A stretch of 39,664 bases of DNA from Sphaeroforma arctica JP610. Its lineage: Eukaryota. Below, piece after piece: positions 13,668-24,688 of the stretch (within the stretch, counting starts at the first letter, position 1; the number at the start of each line of letters is the position of its first letter). The translations under genes and the position numbers were made by a program. The stretch lies in contig NW_014040444.1 of assembly GCF_001186125.1 (NCBI RefSeq), positions 112,646-152,309 of the forward strand, written 5' to 3'. Below the pieces are notes generated by a model. That model did no database searches and was not told the DNA's origin. It saw nothing but the letters and a program-made list of their open reading frames with translations.

Positions 13668-14085
13668 TGTAGTCAAAACCGAGTTGCGCTTAGTCAAAAG
13701 TGTTAAGTCTGAAATAAGTGAACTTAGTCAGAAGTGCCGTTATGAACGGCGCGTCTGCTGTATTTATTAATCACGTTCCTATGTGGAACGAGATTTTCTC
13801 TAACAACGGCAGATTGTGTAAATCTCCGTATCTAATATTATGGTCTCCTAGTTACTAAATAATGATGATATCTGATGAGTCATCATTCTTTCTCACTAGC
13901 TTATATATTCTGATATCCAGTCCGGTCCTCGGGTCCGTTCTTCAATAAAATTCCTTTAGGTCCAAGCCTCTGATTCGGTCCTAAATATTTTCCTTAGGTT
14001 CGGCCCTCTGGTCTGGTCCTAAATTGCTCTTGTCAGTCCGGTCCTCTGGTCCGGTACTAAATCCCCGTCTACGGTACTTTGTCCA
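13668..14085 (-). repeat. 3' LTR of family A element (418 bp)
   Basis: Aligns to 23542-23616 plus 24383-24688. A short purine-rich tract (GGCGGGG on the minus strand) lies immediately inside it. Confidence 0.92.
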
Positions 14086-15781
14086 GCCCCGCCAAGTTGA
14101 GTGCTGGTATTTTTCAATGAATATTTAAGCCATAATTCTGTGATAATTTATGAATAAAAATATAAAGGTAATATCCTATACGGACCGTGGGGTTATTGCA
14201 TCGTTAGAATTTACTATTACTAATTATTACATTTGTCGTAAATAATTGCGGCTAAAATATCACTCAGTCAACTGTAAACAGACTAAAAGTACCTGTTTTG
14301 TATTAAATTAAAAAAATTACGTGCTATAAATATACCAAATGTAATAAAAAATATAATCATATATAAACTATTTTAATATTTTAATTTTATACATCAAACC
14401 CGTGGTCGTAAATATACATTCTGTCGATTTTATACTTTATAATTATGCCTATTTAACAGTATATTTATTACATGACGACCCATGTCTCAAACTTTTGTCG
14501 ATAATTAGTTGTTAATTGGTCACTAATTATAACAGCCTATGTGTCTTGCACAACGTATTGTCTTGTATTATATGTATATCCTAATTTGGCACATGTCTCG
14601 CGTCTGACTATGTATACCCGGCTGTCGAATCCGTTAAAATGTTTTAGACAATGCGTTACAATATTCCGTATTTAAACTCCGTGTACATATGTAATACGTT
14701 TGACGTTTTGTGAATATTATGTCAACCGTGGTTGACTTTTCTATTGTCTACGTAGTAAGAAATCACCGTAAAACAAGTTTCCATATGTTCTTCTGTAGTG
14801 TGTGTGTAATGGTTCATTAATTCCTGCATAAAGGAGAGTATTTGTGGCACTATGCCCGATACTGTGATGTGCATGTGCGTGAAGCGGATACAGCCGCTAT
14901 ATATTACAACCAAGTATCTGTCTTTCTGTCTTTCTGTTCTTAATTCATCCATTTATTCCGTTTCAAAGATGTATTATATATATTATCCTATTCGTCTTGT
15001 GGTGTATTTAGCGTGTATGCATGTTTGGGAATGGCTGTATAATTGTGTTATCTTTTAGATTGATTTATAGTATTGTCTGTAATGGTATATGACTATAGAT
15101 ATACATTTACTTTAATATCTGTACGTGTACGTCTATACCCCCATTCTTGTATGAAAACTGTCTATCTAGTGGGGATTGTGTGTGTCATTTTGTGTTGCAT
15201 TGATTGAACTTCCCTAATTTGTTAAATTTAATTGCCATGTGTGAAATTTGTGTGATTCTATGACATGATATCCTAAGTATAGTGTGTTCGCCTCTCGTCT
15301 GCCTATGGTGCGGGTGGTTACCATTATGCTATATATTGACTCTAATAACATTGTACTATCCTTTTTCTTCTATCATCACAGGGATGACCGCGTGCGACAC
15401 CCCTATTTGTCATGCCTACCATTAGTGGTTATCAATGACAACTCCTTGTTGTCCCTGACCATATCGTAGTATACCATTAAACCTACTTACTCTGGTCTGC
15501 TCTTGTTCTTAATGACTTAAAGTGTAATGTATGAGATGCGCGTGGTGTGATGTCCTCATGGGCATACTTGAGATGGGTACGCTTTCCGTGACTCCGTCAC
15601 AGCGTCTTACATGTTCCGCCTGCCACACCACTAGGATTACGCCTGTTCCGTCGTCTACGTAATTGTTCCGCCTCCTGCGTAATAATGTTGTACACGTTCC
15701 GCCGTGTATACACATGATATCGTTTGGTACGTAATAATGCTATACAAATCAACATCGCTCACGGCGACTATGCAACACGCT

Positions 15782-16080
15782 TGAGGCTGCGGGTTCCTAC
15801 CGAATCTCAAGTGTTCGCGCAAATTTCAATGCGGCGTGTCCTCAGGGTTGCTCCCCTCTGAGTATGACTCAACAGGGTGCTCGCCTGTACTCTCAGCATC
15901 TAAATAACCATAAGGCCTATTATGTCAACTGTGATGATGCCATGTATCACACTAGTGAGGCTGCGGTTGCTCACCAACTTCAAAGTTCTTATACAAAGTT
16001 CAATGCGCCGTGTCCTCAAGGTTTCTCGCCACTGAGCTAGAGCCAACAGGGTGCTCGCCTGTACTCTAAGCATATAGATA
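15782..16080. repeat. Two diverged copies of an about 125-bp unit in the retrotransposon 3' non-coding region
   Basis: 15782-15906 and 15956-16080 share TGAGGCTGCGG, TTCAATGCG.CGTGTCCTCA.GGTT and CAACAGGGTGCTCGCCTGTACTCT.AGCAT. Confidence 0.85.
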
Positions 16081-16566
16081 TACTTGCGACTCACCACCAC
16101 CGCTCGTGTTTAGCGACGTTTGGCGTCGTGTGTTTGGTTTCTATGTCTGTTATATTGAGGTTACACGTATATTATTATGATACCAGTGTATACCCTTGTT
16201 CGTTTATGTATGCGTGATGTCTTATAGTGTATATGATGCATCAAATTACTTATATCATTTCCATGTTCTATTGTTGTCGAATATGTATCTTGTCTGTCTA
16301 TCGTAATATATGTAAGCAATGTGTCTTCTAATAGTGATCTGTGCAGCTCGTGTATAATATATATTCGAATACAGGTGTCTATTCTATATATAGCAGCTGT
16401 TATTAAAAGAAGATTACTCTTCTAATATCTACTATCGGTTATATGAGTATGTTGTCATCACCCATGCACGCAGCAATGACGCAACCTCGGCCAGACATAC
16501 CATCGACCCAGGCTGCTCTAACCTTGTACCAGGCGTCGTTGTCGTCGGCTCTCGCGCGTTTGAATC

Positions 16567-16705
16567 CGTTTTCGATATGCGGGCATGACGTTGGGATCGT
16601 CAAAAGCATCGGCTGTCACACATGCAGGAGATCCTTCCAACCAACGTACCAAATATTCCGATTGTTGAATCGCCTCATTATGACGGTGCGATATGATTTG
16701 TCGAA
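16567..16705 (-). other. Chromodomain at the integrase C-terminus (in a shifted frame)
   Basis: The alternative frame reads FDK/IISHRHNEAIQQSEYLVRWLEGSPACVTADAFDDPNVMPAYRKR, matching the I..HR...EYLVRW.G.....V....F chromodomain pattern. Confidence 0.75.
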
Positions 16706-18016
16706 ATGTCGAACCTCTCTCTCTTCATAGAGATTCATCCAGTGGTGGTTTCGTAGCCCGATGGACAAGCCAATAATCTCCACATTCACGGGTCGGTCTC
16801 TGAGCTCAGGCGGCTTGCTGTCATCCTTTGCTCGTAGATGGTAACTCTGATTTTCCCGACTATGAATCACGTACGGACCAAGCGGTGATTTCATGACTTT
16901 GGTCGTCGCTCCCTGTGCGAGTATCATGACGTCCCCCGCCTTAAATTCAATCAAATCAAACTTACTCATCTGATCCGTAGCCTCTGCCATGGCATCAGTA
17001 TACTTAATTGTTTTCTGATGAAGTTTTGGTAGGATAGTTTTCTCCAAATCATCCAGCTTCATTAACCATGCATCATTCGTAGTAGGAATATGACCAGGTA
17101 AGTTATCAGTCATGCTTACAAACGGGACATGTCGCCGACCAAAATAAACGCTGAATGGTGCTGACTTGTGACGTCGTGATATCCGAAGGTTCTGGTATAA
17201 CATAGTAAACGGTAGACGTTCATTCCACAACTCCGGACAACCATCACACAATGCGCTCACACATTTGTGGATTTCCTTATGTCGGCGCTCTGCCGCGCCC
17301 AATGTCTGCGGGCGGTATGGTTGGGACGTCTTGTGTGTAATGCCCAACGCTCGTGTGATGGATTTGACAATATTGTTTATAAATTCGGTGCCCTCGTCAC
17401 TTTGAATCTTACGAGGAAATATATGCTCACCAAACACTGACACTAACTCTGCCGCCACTGTCTTTGCATCCTTCGCAGGTATCGCCCGTAGAATAGAGTA
17501 ACCCGACGCCACATCAAGCACATGTAAAATAAATTTGTTTCCTTTAGTGGGATTCCTTTAGTGGATGTGACCGCCATAGGATTGATATCCATTTGTATGT
17601 GATCCCAGGGGTACCGAGCGGTAATATTCATTAAAGGATGAAATCCCTTCTTCATCGTATCGTTTCCCCAAGCATGTGCGACATAATTTGCGGACCTCTT
17701 CTGTGATTGGAAGCATCTGCTCCCAGTTATGCCCATCATCCCGCATCTGTTGTACTGTAACTGCTGGGGCCGGATGTCCTTGTTCATGAAATTGCCATGT
17801 CAACTTTACACGACGGTTCGCTTCCTCGTGCCTTGGATGATTCATCACTGTAGCGCCCGCACATATCTCAGGAATTTGTGCAGCAATCTGTCGCGTTCGT
17901 TTCGTCATCACCGGTTGTGCCCAATTTCTTGATAACGTGTACTAGCGTCTTCACACACAGGTACCTCCAAGCCTAAGTCACACCAAAACGATGGATTGAC
18001 TTTGTACCCAGATGGA

Positions 18017-19202
18017 GGGCCAATACGTACCACAATAGTATGCTCGCACGGGTATTTACTACAAGCCTGTGAGCCATGCTTCAAAAATGTGTGAGCCGTA
18101 CGTGGGATAAGTAACGGGTCCACTTGCATCATCGACAGAAATAACGCAAACCATGGTGCGCGTGTGTTCAACGGTAAACATATTGCTGCCGACGCCTTGT
18201 CCTGCAACACCTTACGCAACACCTTATGTATAAGACGCCATGGTGTAAGTTTCGGTCTATCAAGGCGATATTAACGCCTTAGAGTAATTAAACGATTAGG
18301 TTAAGTCTAGGTATAGTTAAATTCGAAATAAATAAACGAAATGAGTCTTGTAGTAAAGTTAGGTATGCCTCGTGAAAACAGCAATACTTTGAGGGATTGT
18401 GAGGGTGAGACGTTGCCTTTATATAATCCTCCCAGTACTGTTTTCGCCGAAGGGATTTTATTTAGTGTTTCATTGTCGCTCTAATAGAAACTACAGTATG
18501 TTTCGTTAGGGCGAATCCGAGAGACTCATAAAATCCTATCTTGAAAATATTTGAAAAAATACTCCTGATGTCCATAGTTTTTGCATTAACCAATAACTTG
18601 CCACTTATCAAGAATTACCGACTTAGCCTTCATCAGACTGGCACATCTGGTTGGCTGAACGGAGGATAAACTAAGCAATGCTAATAGTCCTTAGAAACCT
18701 ATGTTCTGTTGAGCCATCTCGCTATCGAAGTATTCAGGTATAAATAGATTTGGAAAGTAAATATAGTTCTATTAATAGAACTAGACTAAATCTTATTTTT
18801 TGTATTTTACTGGGGCCTTTTAATGGCCTTGTCCAAATATCTGATACGTAAAATGGAAAAGGTATTAATTAATAAAACCGTTGAAACCCATTTAGGAAAC
18901 TTAAGTTCCTCGTAATATTAAGAGTACGTTTATAGTTTACGTATTGCTTAATAGTACGTTTATAACATAGTCTAATGTGGAGGCCCGGCTATTACAATGG
19001 TGGCTTCATCCATGCGTTGTATTTGCCCCAGTCAAACTCAAACGCCCCGCCATCCTTGTCGTACGACCAGTGTTGGCGAAGCTGAGCGTTATGGCTCGAG
19101 GCAAAGGCGTCGACGTCGTTTGGTCCAAAGTGTTTCTGGATCTAGTCAAAGAAATCCGGAGTTTTTCTGAATCTAGTCAAAGAAATCCGGAAACAACTTC
19201 CA
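18017..19202 (-). pseudogene. Dam-like N6-adenine DNA methyltransferase domain inside pol, interrupted by a solo LTR
   Basis: After removing 18244-18996, one TSD copy and an about 31-bp tandem duplication at 19131-19191, it reads WKLFPDFFD*IQKHFGPNDVDAFASSHNAQLRQHWSYDKDGGAFEFDWGKYNAWMKPPWRLIHKVLRKVLQDKASAAICLPLNTRAPWFALFLSMMQVDPLLIPRTAHTF...TIVVRI. This shows the SAM-binding DxFAS..N motif, AF..DW, and an (N)PPW catalytic motif. Confidence 0.85.
18244..18996 (+). mobile_element. Solo LTR, family B (753 bp), inserted in pol
   Basis: Termini TGTAAG...ATTACA. 4-bp TSD ATGG at 18240-18243 and 18997-19000. Homologous in reverse complement to 23617-24378. Strand is arbitrary. Confidence 0.9.
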
Positions 19203-21220
19203 ACATGACGTATAGAACACCGCGGAGTAGTTGATATCCGCCGTGCCCTCATGAAGACGACTCCACATGTCTGGTAACTTGTTCAGTTCTCCAGGTACAT
19301 GTGTAATAGTAAAATTGAACTGTGCAATAATATGATGCCATCGTTGTAACATACTATTCAGCTTCAGCTGAACGTTCATGTATATGAGAGCCTTATGGTC
19401 TGTGTGTACAGTAAACCGCTGTCCAATGAGATGATCATGAATGTGAACCAGAGCATAGGTAAGTGCTAATAATTCTTTCATCGGGGTTGCATATGTCTGC
19501 TGTGCCTTGTTGAGAGTTTTTGAGAAGAACGTCAGGTAATGTTTGCATCCGTCAATCAATTGCAACAATGCGCCACCAATCCCATAATCGCTTGCATCCG
19601 TTTTTAACTCAAATGGTACACCATCAACAGGAAAGTTCAACCTGACTGCCGACATGATAGCCTCCTTCATCTGATCCCACGCCAATTGATGTTCTGGCTT
19701 CCAACGATCTCCAATGGGCTCCTTTGGCTTAAGTTTAGAAACGGTTCGGAGTGGAGCTACCTTGTGTGCAAAGTTAGGTAGATGCTCATGTAAGAAGTTT
19801 GCTAATCCTAACGCAGAGGCAATATCCCTTTGACATCGTGGAACTGGCCGGTCAATTAAACGTTGCTGTTTCTCATGATCCACGTCAATGCCTTTAACTG
19901 ATCTCTTCTTTCCCAGGACCATCACCTCTCGCACCGCAAGGTGACATTTCTTTTGATTAAGTTTGAAGTTATTCTCCGTCAGGCGTCAAACGACCTCTTG
20001 AACCGTAGCAATGTGCTCCTCGTAGTTGACTGACGCAATTATTAGGTCATCAACATAGCATTGCACGTCCAGTCCCGCCATCAAATTGCTGATTGTGCAT
20101 TGAAATTATGACGTGAGTGTCGTCAATCCAAAGGGAGCCGACGTAAACGAGTACTGCTGACTATCCCATGTAAACGAAAACATGTGCTGCGAATCGATGT
20201 GCACCGGTAACCGATGGCATGCGGCCGATAAGTCCAACGTGGTATAGTATCGCTTGACCTTCAAGTTGCTAATGATCTCGTTGACCTTCGGAAGCGTAAA
20301 CTGATCGCCCGGAATAAGCCGCAAGTCCAAGCACACGCGCACCTTAATAAGTTCACCCGACGGTGTGAATGACGGTACTGCCAACAAAAAAAGTTAACAA
20401 TCGACACCGATGTTCGACGATTGGTGACCAATTCGTGTTCCCATTTGAGTACTTGCTTCGTTACATGTGGTTTGTATTCGTCAGATACAAAATTTCTTGT
20501 CTGCCGACGTAAGCGCAGGAGTTTATCCCGAGGAATAGGAAGTGACACCTTACTACCCGGGAGTGTGCAGCGAGCGGCATCCAGAATAGTGTCAGTAGCA
20601 TCCAGGTATTGGCGTAAGCGTGCGCGTATATCATCTGGCTCGGACAAGTCTGGGGCCATTCGAAGATTGATTGGTTCCAGTAGTTTATCCATAACATTAC
20701 GATTGATCTCTAGAAATGGAGATACCAATCCGGTTAAGCCTAATCTCAACTCACCCATAATATCCATACTTAGTATTATATCAATGTTATCCGGTAGGTT
20801 CACAAGTTCAAATGTACAACCCTCAGTAGCAGCTGACCCGTACTGGACCTTTGTTGCTTGTGTTTTGCCCAAACGTGAAGTCCTGAAGGCTTTGTCCACC
20901 AAGTATATGTAACTATCCTTGGCCGGTGGCGTAATAGAGAGGTGTGCCTTAACCGCGGATGCCTGAGTGATGACTGGACGATTGGCCCCCGTGTCAATAA
21001 GGGTGCGCATGTCATGTCCGTACACTTGTAAAGTAACATATACACGGTTGTCAGTAGGAAACAATTTATCTTTTACTGCAAATATTCTTGTTGCCGTACG
21101 ACCAAATGACATGCACATGTTCACATCAGGCACCCCAGCCTGACAATCCGAGTCTGTTCCAACTTCCCAGCCGTCGGGTGTCTGCTCTTCTTCCATCAAC
21201 TCATCGTCACTCTGCACATA

Positions 21221-23443
21221 CTACTCATCGACCAAGTCATGAATGTGCGTCACTTCAGTCACCCCTGTCTCGGTGGTTGGTTGATCAGGCATAATATCAC
21301 CGTCCACTAAGTTAACACGAGGTCGGAAATTAGTACCCGATCCGTGAGCCCCGCGTGTCGATGTGCTTGTAGCCGATGTACGTTGAACTGTAGCCTCACC
21401 ATTTTGTGTGCGGCTACTTGTGCTAGCCTGGACCGGTACCCGTTGTAAGTTAGGACAACGACTTGCATGTCCTGGTCCCGGCGGAATGTTTTGCTCACAT
21501 GATCGACAACGAACCCGTGGGTTCGACGTAGACGGTGCATGCGGGATAGCGCGTGTATTCGCCTCCGTACGCAAATTTGAACGTGATCGCGAGTTCCCCG
21601 GAATTCGTCGAGGTCGCGAAAACTTGTCCTGGCGATTTTCTTCTGCTTTGTCAATGTTCACACGGGATATATCACGCATCTTCTCAGACGAGTAGTTTCG
21701 CCACTGTGGATACATTCGAAGAGTATCCCGGTAGTACGCTCCACCTGCAGCTTGGCGTATAATATTAAGTATACCATGGTTGCGGTGTACCTGTAGAGGG
21801 TTCTCATACTGTCGCATTTCCATGAACTCCACCTGGCGTTCAAAATCACGAATCTGAGTATCAAGCGGTACCGATGGCTTCAGCTTCATGCATGCTAATA
21901 CCTGGCGGTATGCATTATCCTCCAGGTCTTGTTCTTGTGTACGTACAATAAATGCAGTGGCATCTTCAAATGTCATAGACTGTAATTTTTGCTCGTTTTC
22001 CACAATAAAATCCAATAGCGCCTTAGGAGCCCCTTCATGCTGTAGAGCTCGGTGTAAGCCCATTAGCATGTGAATCGGCTCTAGCTTGTGGAATCGCGCA
22101 TTCTTATGCGAGTTCAAGATAAAAGCATGTAACTGTATCTTCTGCGGATTGTCCAAATAATAATTGCCCTGTGGGTTGGGTGGCCATTCCTTCGGTGTTC
22201 GTTTGTCGACCGTTATTGAACACGTCTTCAGAGTCTCATTCGACGCACGAATTAGACCCTGTAGCGCACGCGCATCGTCTATGCGTCCGTCTGCTTCTGC
22301 ATGCATCATCCGTTGGGTCAGTTGAAAACTTGCATTTTCATCTCTGCCGCTGTCGATGCAGTAATACTAGGCTCCGTAATTTCCGAGTCTTTATGACGTT
22401 TCACTGCCTGTGGGTCTTCCAAGTAGCGGTCGTGATGAACAGGAAGGTGTTTGCGGTATGGAATCGTATCAATAGGGACATTCGCCGCATCCTGAGAATT
22501 CTCTTGTAACTCTTCTGGTGAACGTGGTTTACGGTGACGTTGCAACTTATCACGAAAGTGGTTCGTTGCCACGTGACTCTGGTTCATCTGTTGCTGCGGA
22601 GACTTCATTACTCTGCGGAAGGCACCAAAGGAACGCTTCGCCGACGACGATAAATTCCGAGGAGTGTCCATGTCCAAGTGTAAATCCGCAGGTTCCAAAA
22701 AAAATTCTATCAGGCGACTTCACCAAAGTTTTCTATGCCTGATACCAATCCGGCCCATTAGGCGGTATCTCATCAGGGATCGGAATTGTTTTTGCCCGAT
22801 TTTGAGCGTTCTTCAACAACCGCTATCTACGAGTGACATGGACATTATCACGAGGAGCCACCTGAGGTACAGGCTTCGTACGTCCAATTCTACGTTTCAC
22901 CGGGCTAATTTGCTTCATGTTGTTAGCCCCGTTGTCAGGTAACTGGATGGTGGGTGTCGGCCCTGCCTGCATTGGGTATTGAGGAGCCTAATGTTGTTGC
23001 ACTGTTGGCACGACCTGAGGCTCCGAAAAATCGTCATCCACTTTCGCCTGGTCCGAGTCCTGGGGCGTAGATGTGTCAATACCCGCCAGTGACAATTCAC
23101 GGAGTTGGTGGAGTTGCTCTTGAACGAGAGTAATCTTTTCCGTGGCTTCCTGCACATGCATCAGCGCATTCAAGTGTCCCTCGTGATCAGAAATCCACTC
23201 TGAGGATTGTCTAAGCCTGTCCAAGGTTTCGATTGAGAACAGGGCCTCCGATAGTAAACGGGTCAATTCCACATGGATTTCCACTTTCTTATCGTCTTCG
23301 GATGCAGGTTCTTTGGCAAGTGCTGTCTCCACCATTTTGCGTAGCACTGTTAACCGGCGAAGTGCTCCAATCAACCATTTCAGCAGCTGGTCACAGGCTT
23401 GCTTACCCACCGTAGGAAACGGTCTAGGCTTGGGTCCCGTCAT
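21221..23443 (-). pseudogene. gag-like ORF1 (about 740 codons, broken by stops and frameshifts)
   Basis: Starts about 100 bp after the 5' LTR. ORF pieces 22988-23443, 22318-22698 and 21221-22309. C-terminal Zn-knuckle variant CRSCEQNIPPGPGHASRC. In frame with pol across one TAG. Confidence 0.75.
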
Positions 23444-23541
23444 CGTTGAAAAAATAAATAAATAAAACTAAGTTGCTTCTTAGTTGATTTAACCTTCTAA
23501 GAACGCAGTGTAATAAATACAGTAGTTCGGTCACTTAAAAA

Positions 23542-24688
23542 TGTAGTCAAAACCGAGTTGCGCTTAGTCAAAAGTGTTAAGTCTGGAATAAGTGAACTCA
23601 GTCAGAAGTGCCGTTATCTAATAGTTGGGCCTCCACATTAGACTCTATGTTATAAACGTACTCTTAAGCAGTACGTAAACTATAAACGTACTCTCAATAG
23701 CACGAGGAACTTAAGTTTCCTAAATGGTTTTTAACGGCTTTATTAGTTAATACCTTTTCCATTTTACATATCAGATATTTGGACAAGGCCATTTCATTAA
23801 AAGGCTCCAGTAAAATACAAAACATAAGATTTAGTCTAGTTCTATTAATAGAACTATATTTACTTTCCAACTTTATTTATATCTGAATACTTCGGTAGCG
23901 AGATGGCTCAACCGAACATAGGTTTCTATGGACTATTAACGTTACCTAGTTTATCCTCCGATCAGCCAACCAGATGTGCCAGTCTGATGAAGGCTAAGTC
24001 GGTAATTCTTGATAAGTGACAAGTTATTGGTTAATGCAATAACTAAGGACATCAGGAGTAAAAAAAATTCTTCTTCTAAAGATAGGATTTTATGAGTCTC
24101 TCGGATTCGCCCCCAACGAAACATACTGTAGTTTCTAATAGAGCGACAACGAAACACTAAATAAAATCCCTTCGGCGAAAACAGTACTGAGAGGATTATA
24201 TTTAGGCAATGTCTCAGCCTCACAATCCCTCAGAGTATTGCTGTTTTCACGAGGCATACCTAACTTTACTAAAAGTCTCATTTCGTTTATTTACTTTGAA
24301 TTTCACGATACTTAGATTTTACCTACGCGTTTAATTACTTTAAGGTGTTAATATCGTCTTGATAGACCGAAACTTACAGTTATGAACGGCGCGTCTGCTG
24401 TATTTATTAATCACGTTCCTATGTGGGACGAGATTTTCTCTAACAACGGCAGATTGTGAAAATCTCCGTATCTAAGATTATGGTCTCCTAGATACTAAAT
24501 AATGATGATACCTGATGAGTCATCATTCTTCTCACTAACTTATATATTATAAAATCCAGTCCGATCCTCGGGTCCGTTCTTCAATAAAATCCTCTTAGGC
24601 CCGAGCCTCTGATTCGGTCCTAAATATTTTCCTTAGGTTCGGTCCTCTGGTCCGGTCCTAAACACCCGTCTACGGTACTTTGTCTACA
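23542..24688 (-). repeat. 5' LTR of family A element, interrupted by a family B solo LTR
   Basis: Matches 13668-14085 once 23617-24378 and one GTTA copy are removed. Confidence 0.92.
23617..24378 (-). mobile_element. Solo LTR, family B (762 bp), inserted in the 5' LTR, in opposite orientation to the copy in pol
   Basis: Reverse complement of 18244-18996. 4-bp TSD GTTA at 23613-23616 and 24379-24382. One terminal base is mutated (TCTAATAG for TGTAATAG). Confidence 0.9.

Larger units (their letters stand above)
16518..21220 (-). pseudogene. pol polyprotein: aspartic protease, RT, RNase H, Dam-like methyltransferase, integrase, chromodomain
   Basis: Protease LIDTGAN (about 20990). RT motifs VRVCLDLR, LDLSAACH, APFGL and CYVDDLII (20046-20057). 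RNase H motifs TDASDYGIGGAL, KELLAL, TDHKAL and HVPGELNKLPDMWSR. Integrase HHCC FHEQGH...CRTC and core PWDHIQMD, IQSDEGTEF, PQTLGAAERRH. Many stops and frameshifts. Confidence 0.93.
13668..24688 (-). mobile_element. Full-length, degenerate Ty3/Gypsy chromovirus-like LTR retrotransposon (family A)
   Basis: Paired LTRs with outer termini TGTAGTCAAA...TTTGTCTACA (imperfect inverted repeat). 4-bp TSD TTGC at 13664-13667 and 24689-24692. Domain order gag-PR-RT-RH-(MTase)-INT-chromodomain on the minus strand. Confidence 0.95.

Noticed and set aside
13861..13890. CTGATGA hammerhead ribozyme core in LTR A (also in LTR B at about 23984)
   Set aside because: No stem II followed by GAAA and no closing stems. 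In LTR A it is only the loop of an AATGATGA/TCATCATT hairpin.
16025..16048. tRNA A-box-like TAGCTCAGTGG on the minus strand
   Set aside because: No B-box or cloverleaf, and the motif is not conserved in the duplicate copy.
20421..20912. Plus-strand ORFs overlapping gag/pol
   Set aside because: Antisense shadows of the retrotransposon coding sequence.
16518..23443. TAG reassignment (alternative genetic code) as the explanation for in-frame TAGs
   Set aside because: The element also has TAA/TGA stops and frameshifts, and the host NCAPG gene terminates at TAG.
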